In this document: piece after piece, positions 8,784-15,711 of the stretch
Layout: each line of letters starts with the position of its first letter
Position numbering within the stretch: position 1 is the stretch's first letter
Assembly: GCA_039917225.1 (NCBI GenBank)
Contig: JBDSJV010000035.1
Coordinates: forward strand, 1-32,866
DNA: 32,866 nucleotides
Direction of reading: 5' to 3'
From: Candidatus Limnocylindrales bacterium
GTDB taxonomy: Bacteria > Chloroflexota > Limnocylindria > Limnocylindrales > CSP1-4
Notes under the pieces: generated by a model
Told to the model about the DNA's origin: nothing
Seen by the model: only the letters and a program-made list of their open reading frames with translations
The model's database searches: none
Position numbers and translations under genes: made by a program

Positions 8784-9497
8784 GTGGACGAACTCCTGGC
8801 TCGCGCCCGAACTCGACTCGTGCCCGCGATCCTGTCCGCGCTCGGGGTTGCGTTGCTGGCCGCGGGGCTGTTGACGTACAGCGCCCCGGTCGAGGCTGGA
8901 CCGGAGACATCGCAGGCGCCGATCATCGTCACGTTGCCGCCGACCGCGGCACCGTCGTTCACGGCGGCGCCGACGAACGAACCAGTCGCCACTGCCTCGC
9001 CCACGGCCGAGCCAACACCGCCGGCCGACCGCGTCGCAACGCGGGTCGTCGTCGGGGCGCTCAAGATCGACCTCGCCGTGATCCTGCCGCCGAATCCCAC
9101 CGCCTATCCGCTGTGCGACGTCGCGATGTACATCAAGGAGCTCGGACAGCCCGGGTTCGGGAGGGCGACCTATCTCTACGCGCATGCCCGCAGCGGCATG
9201 TTCCTGCCCATCCTGACGGCGTCGCGGATCGACAACGGCACGAGCATGCTGGGAATGACGATCGAGGTCTACACCAGCGACGACCAGCGGTTCACGTACC
9301 GGATCACCCAGGTGCGACGCCACCAGCTGGATCTTGACGCGGCCATCGCCACGACGACGGAGCAGGTCTGGCTCCAGACCTCGGAGGGCCCGAAGGGAAC
9401 GCCCGGCAAGACCCAGGTCGTGGCCGAGTTCGTGGCATCGGGCCCGGCCGACCCCGCGGATGCACACCCGGACCCGAAGCCAAGTGTGTGCTCCTGA
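8784..9497 (+). CDS. Membrane-anchored sortase-fold protein (class E/F-like) with Ser in place of the TLxTC cysteine
   Basis: N-terminal TM 'LVPAILSALGVALLAAGLL' and a Pro/Thr/Ala linker. The pattern that follows is sortase-like: 'RVVVGALKIDLAVI', 'QPGFGRATYLYAHARSGMFLPIL' (His134, codon 9183-9185), 'MTIEVYTSDDQRFTYRITQV', 'EQVWLQTSEGP' (Ser200, TCG at 9381-9383, where sortases have Cys), and 'GKTQVVAEFV' (Lys where sortases have Arg). The family assignment is by eye only. Confidence 0.5.
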   Translation: MDELLARARTRLVPAILSALGVALLAAGLLTYSAPVEAGPETSQAPIIVTLPPTAAPSFTAAPTNEPVATASPTAEPTPPADRVATRVVVGALKIDLAVILPPNPTAYPLCDVAMYIKELGQPGFGRATYLYAHARSGMFLPILTASRIDNGTSMLGMTIEVYTSDDQRFTYRITQVRRHQLDLDAAIATTTEQVWLQTSEGPKGTPGKTQVVAEFVASGPADPADAHPDPKPSVCS

Positions 9498-9518
9498 CCC
9501 TGATCCGGGACCCGGACC

Positions 9519-11093
9519 CTACGATTCGAGCCGAGTCCGCCGCTCGAAGGCGAGGGCCGGCAGCAGGGCGATCGCGGTCACCAGGGCCGCGATGAGGAAG
9601 ATCCCGACCATGATCCGCGACGCTTCGTCCGCCGCCCATCGCTCGAGCGCCTGGACCACCAGCCCATCCTTGAGCGGTCGGTCGCGGAGCGCTTCGGGGA
9701 TGAATGCTCGATACGACTCGGGTGTCGCGTAGACCTGGCGATAGAGGCGATCGATCGTGGTCGACCCAAAGGCGGTCAACGCGGCCAGCCCGATCGCCAT
9801 GCCGAGCATCCGGGCCACCGTGACCGTTGCCGAGGCGACACCGAACGCCGCCCGACCAACCGCCGCGACCGCCGCCGTGGAGCGTGGCGTGACCGTGAGG
9901 CCGAAACCCAATCCGAAGATGGCGAGCAGGCCCGCCACCGAGACGATGCTCGTGTTCGAGGTCCAGGAGCTCATCCCCACCAGCGCCACGACGCTCAGGC
10001 CGAGGCCGACGACCGTCACCGCGCGCAGGCCGACGACCCGGACCGCGAACCCGGCACCCAGGGCACCGATGGCGGTCGCTCCGGCGAGCGCACCCAGCGC
10101 GACCCGCTGGACGTCGGGGCCGCCGTACAGGACCCGGTCCACGAAGACGGCGCCGCCAACGATCGCCGTCGCGAACCCATAGCCGGTCAGGAGCGAGACG
10201 AGGGCCGCCGAGCTGAAGCCGCGATGGCGGAACAGGGACGCATCGAAGAACGCCCGTGGATGGCGGAGCCCGATCCGGGCCGACAGGGCCATCGCGAGGA
10301 GGCCCAGTCCGGCAGCGGATCCGAGCGCGAGTGCCGGATCGATGCGGCCGCCGGCGACCTCGTCACTGCCGGCGAGCGTCGTCGCGCCCAGGACCAGGCC
10401 GATCCCGATCGAGAACACCAGGGCGCCCCGCAGATCGACCGATCCTGGCTGTCGGTGCGTCTCCCAGCCGGCGGCCGCCGCCCAGGAGAGCGCGAGCGCG
10501 GCGACGCCGAATGGCACGTTGACGTAGAAGACGTAGCGCCATGGCGCGGCGAAGGCATCGTGGAGCGGCCCCGTGGTGAGCCCCAGTCCCTCCAGGGCGG
10601 CGGCCGGGTGGACCCCGCCGATGATCCACGCACCCACGAACGGACCGGCGGCCATCCCGAGGAACGTCAGACCGCCGACGAAACCAAGCGCTTTCGGGCG
10701 ATCCCGATCCTCGAAGAGATGGGAAGCAGCGGCGGTCGCCACCGGCACCAGGATCCCGCCACCGATGGCCTGGATGATCCGGGCTGCCACGAGCTCCTCG
10801 AGCGACTGGGCCCGGCCGGCCAGCGCCGACCCGACGGTGAACAGGACGAGCCCCGCCAGGAAGAGGCGCCGCGCACCCCATTGATCCGCGAGGCGCCCGG
10901 CCAACGGCATCGTGATGACGGTCGCGAGCAGGTACCCATTGATGATCCAGGACGCGAGGCGAAGCTGAGTCCAGCTGGCGAGATCGGTCACGATGGATGG
11001 CAGGGCAACCGCGGTCACCATGAGTTCCAGGCCCGAGAGAAAGACTCCGAGGCCCAGCGCCGCGAGCAGCACGAGACGGCTGGTGCGATCCAT
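9519..11093 (-). CDS. MFS transporter, DHA2 (EmrB/QacA-like, 14-TMS) drug:H+ antiporter family
   Basis: 524 aa and highly hydrophobic throughout. The start 'LAALGLGVFLSGLELMVTAVALPSI' is typical of the family. MFS motif A is present: 'PLAGRLADQWGARRLFLAGL'. The length fits 14 TMS. Confidence 0.85.
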   Translation of the reverse strand: MDRTSRLVLLAALGLGVFLSGLELMVTAVALPSIVTDLASWTQLRLASWIINGYLLATVITMPLAGRLADQWGARRLFLAGLVLFTVGSALAGRAQSLEELVAARIIQAIGGGILVPVATAAASHLFEDRDRPKALGFVGGLTFLGMAAGPFVGAWIIGGVHPAAALEGLGLTTGPLHDAFAAPWRYVFYVNVPFGVAALALSWAAAAGWETHRQPGSVDLRGALVFSIGIGLVLGATTLAGSDEVAGGRIDPALALGSAAGLGLLAMALSARIGLRHPRAFFDASLFRHRGFSSAALVSLLTGYGFATAIVGGAVFVDRVLYGGPDVQRVALGALAGATAIGALGAGFAVRVVGLRAVTVVGLGLSVVALVGMSSWTSNTSIVSVAGLLAIFGLGFGLTVTPRSTAAVAAVGRAAFGVASATVTVARMLGMAIGLAALTAFGSTTIDRLYRQVYATPESYRAFIPEALRDRPLKDGLVVQALERWAADEASRIMVGIFLIAALVTAIALLPALAFERRTRLES

Positions 11094-11312
11094 GGCCGGG
11101 AGTGTAGGCCTGGGCGATCAGTTCCCGGCGTGCTAACCGGCCTCCCGCCTTCTCCCACATGCCGTCGTACGCCGCACGTTGGTCCTCGAGGACCGCCGCG
11201 TCCCACGGATCCCAATGGTGGGCCTGTCTGTCGCTCATGAGTCCACCTCCGATCCGTGATCGACTAGGTGGGGGTTGACCCGCGCCAAGAGACTGGTAAG
11301 GACTGTGCCACC

Positions 11313-11681
11313 TCAGTGATGCACGTGGCGGGGCCAGCGCGCGAGCGCATCGGCCAGGACGTTGGCCTCGTTGTGGTCCTGATCGCGGGCGGCGAAGAGG
11401 AGAGTCACGAGCTCGTTGTGCTGCTCGATGTCACGAAGGAGGTCCAGGAGCTGGCCGCGTTCGAGTAGCTCCTGCTCGTAGCGCTGCTGAAACTCGGGCC
11501 ATCGGGCGAGCTCATGCCCGTACCACGTGCGCAGATCAGTCGAGGGAGCGATGTCCCGAAGCCAGAGATCGATGTTTGCCGCGTCCTTCGTCAGGCCGCG
11601 TGGCCACAACCGATCGACCAGGACACGATATCCGTCGCCGTCGGAGCGAGGTTCGTAGACGCGCTTGAGACGGATCGTCAT
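11313..11681 (-). CDS. DUF488 family protein (YeaO-like)
   Basis: 122 aa. 'IRLKRVYEPRSDGDGYRVLVDRLWPRGLTKDAANIDLWLRDIAPSTDLRTWYGH' matches the conserved DUF488 core as I recall it. Confidence 0.8.
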   Translation of the reverse strand: MTIRLKRVYEPRSDGDGYRVLVDRLWPRGLTKDAANIDLWLRDIAPSTDLRTWYGHELARWPEFQQRYEQELLERGQLLDLLRDIEQHNELVTLLFAARDQDHNEANVLADALARWPRHVHH

Positions 11682-11761
11682 GCCGTCACAACCGGCGTGA
11701 AAGTATCAGATCGGGACTCAGGCCCGGAACCCCGAGGAATAGCAGGATCGATCACGACGGC

Positions 11762-12898
11762 TCAGTCCCCATTCGGCTGCGGTAGTGGAATCGACGCCTT
11801 GCTCACCATCGGTGCAGACGCGCTGATGAGCGCCACGGCCGACGAGACGACGAACAACAGGAGGGCTGTGACATTGAGCACACCCCCTGTCTGCCACGCC
11901 GTTTCTGACCCAAGCAGGTCACCTCCCACGATCCGCAGCAGCAGACCGGCGTGCAGGAGGACGAGGTGGGCGTAGAAGCGCGGCCGGTAGGGCAGTGGGG
12001 TGCGCAACACGGCCGGCAGGATGACCGGAGCATGGCCGAAGACCATCGAGATCACGAAGCCCAGGAACAACGCGTGGAGCATCACGTCGTACAGGGATCC
12101 ACCGATCGTGGAGCCGAATGCGAGCCATCCTGCACCCGCGACCGCCAGCCAGGCGTATCCCGCGAGCAGCGACAGGGCGACGAAACGCGTGACACCTTGC
12201 CTGTGCACCGTTCGCCGAGCGATGTCGTACCGGGCGAGCCAGACGGCGAATAGAACCAGGCCCGCACCACCCACGCGCATCCCGGCCTCGGGCGCCACGA
12301 GCGTGGCCGTGACACCGAGGGCGAATACGCCGACGGCCCCGACGAAGGCGCGTCGTGCTGCCTCGGAGGGACGGCCCAAGCGCGACAGCTCGAGGCGCTC
12401 GCCGACGATGGTGAGAACGAGGAATGCGGCGAGCCAGGGGATCACGGTGCCGATCGGCCGGCCTCCGACGAGGAGCATGGCCGCAACCAGCCAGGCCAGT
12501 GCACCGATCGCCTGGACGGACGTGTGCATCGAACGCTCGATCCGGTCGAACGCCACGTACATCGCGACGAACAACGCGCCGCCGGTCGCAAGGAGGAACG
12601 CCCCGACCGGTGCCGGCAGGCCGAGGATGAGCGCCGCCGCACCCAGGCCCGAGGCCAGGGGTGCGAGATACCCCCAGGGCCGGTCGAGAGCGACGGCGCG
12701 TTCAAGAGCGATGAGCGTCCCCAGGAAGCCGAGCGTCATCAGCGGTCCATGGCTGGCCCCGAGGCGAACGGTGTCGGTCGGCATCGCCAGGCCGAGCAGG
12801 ACGAGGGCGCCGGTCAGCCCGGCGAGGAGCGCGGCACCGGCCAGGGCGAGCAGACCGAGACGCCGGAGCGGGATGGTCCGGGCGGTTATTGCAGCCAC
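11762..12898 (-). CDS. Polytopic integral membrane protein of unknown function (about 10-12 TM helices, conserved His; NnrS-like is only a guess)
   Basis: 378 aa and almost entirely hydrophobic. Recurring motifs: 'GTLIALERAVAL' / 'LTIVGERLELSRL' and 'HALFLGFVISMVFGHAPVILP'. The GTG start at 12898 overlaps the DUF59 stop by 13 nt, which suggests translational coupling. Confidence 0.7.
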   Translation of the reverse strand: MAAITARTIPLRRLGLLALAGAALLAGLTGALVLLGLAMPTDTVRLGASHGPLMTLGFLGTLIALERAVALDRPWGYLAPLASGLGAAALILGLPAPVGAFLLATGGALFVAMYVAFDRIERSMHTSVQAIGALAWLVAAMLLVGGRPIGTVIPWLAAFLVLTIVGERLELSRLGRPSEAARRAFVGAVGVFALGVTATLVAPEAGMRVGGAGLVLFAVWLARYDIARRTVHRQGVTRFVALSLLAGYAWLAVAGAGWLAFGSTIGGSLYDVMLHALFLGFVISMVFGHAPVILPAVLRTPLPYRPRFYAHLVLLHAGLLLRIVGGDLLGSETAWQTGGVLNVTALLLFVVSSAVALISASAPMVSKASIPLPQPNGD

Positions 12899-13230
12899 CC
12901 GAGCTCCACCTTGGCCTCGTCGCTCATCATCACCGGCGACCAGCGCGGCTCATAGATGAGATCGATGTCCACGTCGAGCACGCCATCGAGCTCGAACAGC
13001 GCGCGCCGGATCGAGTCGGCGAGATAGGACCCGATTGGGCAGGCCGGCGTCGTGGTCGTCATCCGGACGTGGACGACGCCCTCGCTCATCGTCGCACCGT
13101 AGACGAGACCGAGGTCGACGATGTCGATCCCAAGCTCCGGGTCGATTACCGACCGGAGCCGGTCGATGAGCGTGTCCGGATCGATCTGAGCCGGAAGCAG
13201 GCGGCCCAGGCCGATGGGCTCGTCAGCCAT
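12886..13230 (-). CDS. DUF59 / MIP18 (SufT-like) Fe-S cluster maturation family protein
   Basis: 'LIDRLRSVIDPELGIDIVDLGLVYG ... VHVRMTTTTPACPIGSYLADSI ... VDVDIDLIYEPRWSPVMMSDEAK' is the classic DUF59 pattern, including the conserved Cys in T-x-x-x-C-P. ATG 13230 overlaps the regulator stop by 8 nt (ATGGCTGA). GTG 13257 is the alternative start given in the ORF track. Confidence 0.85.
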   Translation of the reverse strand: MADEPIGLGRLLPAQIDPDTLIDRLRSVIDPELGIDIVDLGLVYGATMSEGVVHVRMTTTTPACPIGSYLADSIRRALFELDGVLDVDIDLIYEPRWSPVMMSDEAKVELGWLQ

Positions 13231-13888
13231 CGACCCGAACCCCGAGGTGAGCGACACACAGATCCGGCGCGACGAACGGCTCGAGAGTGATGGCGCTCAG
13301 GGGTGCTCCGAGCCGATGCAGCACACCACGCATCAGGCCGAGATGAACGCCGCAGACGACCTCGCTGCGCTCGCGGGCAAGGCTGCCGAACGGGCAGCGA
13401 TGAAGGCGGATCGGCTCACCGGGCTGCACGGACCGGTCGGGCTCGAAGCCGACATCACCAAGAAGACCGACCAGGCGCCCGATCGCCTCGGGCTCGTCGA
13501 TTGGGACCGTCGGATCCTCGACCATCGTCCGACCCCACCGCTCTCCGGCTTCGACTGCAGCGGCGCGGGCGTCCGGGACGCGTGCGAGTTGCTCGGCAAG
13601 GACCCCGGCCAGAGCCCGATAGGCCTCGGGATCGGGCTCGTCCGCATCCGCTCGGAGGACATAGGACAGGCGCGGTCGTCCGCGTCCGACCTGCCGTTCC
13701 GTCGTGCTCCCGACCAGGCCGGCGTCGATCAACTGGTCGAGATGCTCGCGAATCGTGTTGGGGTGGAGACCCAGTGCATGGGCCAGCTCACGGACCCCCA
13801 TCGGCCTCGCCGATCGGTGCAGGATCCGCAGCAGACGGGACCGCGTGATCCCACCGAGAATTCGGTGTCGGCGCACTGTAAATGGCAT
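13223..13888 (-). CDS. ArsR-type winged-helix transcriptional regulator with a C-terminal three-Cys domain (SufR-like guess)
   Basis: 'TRSRLLRILHRSARPMGVRELAHALGLHPNTIREHLDQLIDAGLV' is a wHTH. The C-terminal domain has 'LHRCPFGSLA', 'VVCGVHLGLMRG' and 'DLCVAHLG'. Start set at ATG 13888 (MPFTVRRH). The 16 upstream codons fall in the AT-rich intergenic region. Confidence 0.8.
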   Translation of the reverse strand: MPFTVRRHRILGGITRSRLLRILHRSARPMGVRELAHALGLHPNTIREHLDQLIDAGLVGSTTERQVGRGRPRLSYVLRADADEPDPEAYRALAGVLAEQLARVPDARAAAVEAGERWGRTMVEDPTVPIDEPEAIGRLVGLLGDVGFEPDRSVQPGEPIRLHRCPFGSLARERSEVVCGVHLGLMRGVLHRLGAPLSAITLEPFVAPDLCVAHLGVRVDG

Positions 13889-13934
13889 AGTTTGCATTTT
13901 GCACGGAAATAACCGTAAATAGCAAGTGCCAACC
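13876..13934. promoter_or_regulatory. AT-rich divergent promoter/operator region between the regulator and the hemerythrin operon
   Basis: This stretch is strikingly AT-rich for the window. A 12-mer is repeated directly with 2 mismatches: CTGTAAATGGCA (13876-13887) and CCGTAAATAGCA (13913-13924). Between the copies is a tandem TTTGCAT/TTTGCAC (13891-13904). TTGCAT (13892-13897), an 18-nt spacer and TAAATA (13916-13921) could form a weak sigma-70-type promoter giving a near-leaderless hemerythrin mRNA. Confidence 0.35.
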
Positions 13935-14420
13935 ATGAGCAGTCAGGAGTGTCACGACAACATGTCGAATCAATCCGATGCGGACGCCGCGACGGCCATC
14001 CGAGCACACCATCGGGAACTGCACGACGAGCTGCGGACCCGCGTGCTCGACGCGGTGGATACGGCGCGCGCCGGCGGGCCAGTCGGCGACGCTCGAGAGT
14101 CGGTCCTCGCCTTTCTTGATGGAGAACTGCTGCCGCACGCCGCGGCGGAGGAGGCCGCGCTCTATCCAGCCGGCGACACAGGGTCGAGTGAACTGCTCGT
14201 TCGAGCGATGCGCGACGAACACCGCAACCTGATCGCTCATGTCGACAGACTGCGGACGGCAAGTGACGGGATCGCCACGGCGACCATCGCCAGCGCGATC
14301 CTCGCCCTGTTCGAGTCGCACCTCTCGAAGGAGAATGACTTGCTCGTTCCCGCGCTCCTCGCCAGGCCCGACGTCTCGCTCGCGGCGTTGCTGGATGGGA
14401 TGCATGAGCTGGTCGGCTGA
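13935..14420 (+). CDS. Hemerythrin HHE cation-binding domain protein
   Basis: His/Glu ligand pattern spread over four helices: 'IRAHHRELHDEL', 'LLPHAAAEEAALYP', 'MRDEHRNLIAHVDRL', 'FESHLSKENDLL'. ATG 13935 was chosen. GTG 13926 and ATG 13962 are alternatives. Confidence 0.8.
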   Translation: MSSQECHDNMSNQSDADAATAIRAHHRELHDELRTRVLDAVDTARAGGPVGDARESVLAFLDGELLPHAAAEEAALYPAGDTGSSELLVRAMRDEHRNLIAHVDRLRTASDGIATATIASAILALFESHLSKENDLLVPALLARPDVSLAALLDGMHELVG

Positions 14421-14436
14421 GGTGGTCGAGGGCGCG

Positions 14437-14661
14437 ATGCGCGCGACGGATCCGGCCGTGACCCAGCTGACGACCTCACTGACGCGTGCGTTGCGTCGCC
14501 TTGGCGATGTCGGCGAACCGACGACAGCGGCCCAGATCGCAGCCCAGGCGTATGGAGCGCTCCGTCGTGAGCATGCACCGGCGGCTGAACGAATCAATCA
14601 GGTGATGCATTACCTGGCCCGCCTCGAAGAGGCTGGGAAGGAAGAGGGAGCGACACGATGA
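14437..14661 (+). CDS. Small hypothetical protein (74-85 aa), no family recognised
   Basis: The ORF is in frame with G/C-biased third codon positions. Its TGA stop overlaps the DUF2249 ATG (ATGA at 14658-14661). Possible starts are ATG 14404 (17-nt overlap with the hemerythrin gene), GTG 14422 and ATG 14437. Sequence: 'MRATDPAVTQLTTSLTRALRRLGDVGEPTTAAQIAAQAYGALRREHAPAAERINQVMHYLARLEEAGKEEG'. Confidence 0.5.
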   Translation: MRATDPAVTQLTTSLTRALRRLGDVGEPTTAAQIAAQAYGALRREHAPAAERINQVMHYLARLEEAGKEEGATR

Positions 14662-14915
14662 CAGACAACCAGATTCTCGACGTGAGGAGCGAGCCGCCGG
14701 TTCGGCGTCACGCCATCATCTTCGAAACGTTCGAGACCCTCGATGCGGGCACCGGCTTTGTGCTGGTCAACGACCATGACCCGAAGCCGCTCTACTACCA
14801 GCTTGCGGCCGAGCAGCCCGGGACGTTCACCTGGGACTACCTCGAGAGTGGGCCTGTCGTGTGGCGCGTGAGGATCGGCCGCGTCGGGACCCCTGCTGCG
14901 ACCGTCGAGGCCTGA
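14658..14915 (+). CDS. DUF2249 domain protein
   Basis: 85 aa. 'LDVRSEPPVRRHAIIFETFETLDAGTGFVLVNDHDPKPLYYQL ... FTWDYLESGPVVWRVRI' matches the DUF2249 consensus as I recall it (R-H-x-x-I-F, 'DHDP', 'GP..W'). Confidence 0.8.
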   Translation: MTDNQILDVRSEPPVRRHAIIFETFETLDAGTGFVLVNDHDPKPLYYQLAAEQPGTFTWDYLESGPVVWRVRIGRVGTPAATVEA

Positions 14916-14918
14916 CCC

Positions 14919-15695
14919 ATGAGCGACGTCGGACCCTCGAGCGGAGCCGAGACAGTGACCGTGGCGGCTACCTGGCCCATCTTCGAAGCGGCCTTGACAG
15001 GCCGCGAACCAGTGGCAGAACGGACGATGTCGTTCCGCTTCACCAAGCCGGACGACTGGACGTATCGGGCCGGCCAGTTCATCGACATCACGTTGCTCAA
15101 CCCGCCCGAGACTGACGCGGAAGGCAACACCCGGGGCTTCTCCATCTCGAGCGCCCCCAGTGAGGACGTAATCACGATCACGACCCGCCTGCGGGACACC
15201 GCGTTCAAGCGCGTCCTCCAGACCATGCCGCTCGGAACCCCGGTCAGGATCGAGGGACCGTTCGGCGACCTTCGGCTGCATCATGCGAACCGGCCGGCGG
15301 TGGTCCTCACGGGTGGGATCGGCGTCACGCCCTTCCGCAGCATCCTCGTGCAGGCGGTCAGGGACGGCGGTCTGCCGTATCGGGTCGTGGTCTTGTACGC
15401 CAACCGTCGACCCGAGGATGCGGCCTTCCTCGACGAGCTCGCCCACCTCGCGCAACAGGACTCGAATCTTACGTTCGTGCCCACGATGTCGGACATGTCA
15501 GAGTCGGGGCGCGCCTGGGATGGGGAGCGTGGCCGCATCGATGGGTCAATGCTCGGTCGCCACCTGGCTGGGGTTGCCAGCGCCATCTACTACCTCACTG
15601 GCCCGCCCGGCATGGTCAGCGGACTGCGTACGATGCTCGTCGACTCGGGCGTCGACGAGGACGACATCCGGACCGAAGAGTTCACTGGTTACTGA
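14919..15695 (+). CDS. Ferredoxin-NADP reductase-like FAD/NAD(P)H oxidoreductase
   Basis: 'YRAGQFIDI', 'RGFSISS' (R-x-[YF]-S FAD motif), 'PVRIEGPFG', 'VVLTGGIGVTPFRSIL' (NAD(P)H G-G-x-G-x-x-P), and an aromatic C-terminus '...EEFTGY'. Confidence 0.85.
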   Translation: MSDVGPSSGAETVTVAATWPIFEAALTGREPVAERTMSFRFTKPDDWTYRAGQFIDITLLNPPETDAEGNTRGFSISSAPSEDVITITTRLRDTAFKRVLQTMPLGTPVRIEGPFGDLRLHHANRPAVVLTGGIGVTPFRSILVQAVRDGGLPYRVVVLYANRRPEDAAFLDELAHLAQQDSNLTFVPTMSDMSESGRAWDGERGRIDGSMLGRHLAGVASAIYYLTGPPGMVSGLRTMLVDSGVDEDDIRTEEFTGY

Positions 15696-15711
15696 AAGAG
15701 CAGGCGAAAAC

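Noticed and set aside
8719-8910. N-terminal 64-codon extension of the redoxin ORF (listed as 8068..8910), and ORFs 8345..9337 (+) and 8622..9467 (-)
   Set aside because: The extension is Arg/Pro-rich, precedes a clean Met + TM anchor and overlaps the divergent sortase-like gene. The other two are shadow frames of the redoxin and sortase-like genes.
10224-11240. 338-aa plus-strand ORF and the bulk of the 291-aa minus ORF (10363..11238) overlapping the MFS gene
   Set aside because: These are charged or Arg-rich shadow frames of an obvious 14-TMS transporter. Only the first ~35 codons of the minus ORF, with its strong SD, were kept as a low-interest finding.
12000-12959. 319-aa plus-strand ORF antisense to the polytopic membrane protein
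   Set aside because: The translation is Arg/Ala/Pro/Ser-rich and lacks motifs. The opposite strand encodes a coherent multi-TM protein that is translationally coupled to DUF59.
13788-15455. Minus-strand ORFs 13788..14597 and 14610..15455 antisense to the hemerythrin-DUF2249-FNR genes
   Set aside because: No motifs were found. The plus-strand genes carry clear family signatures and ATGA coupling.
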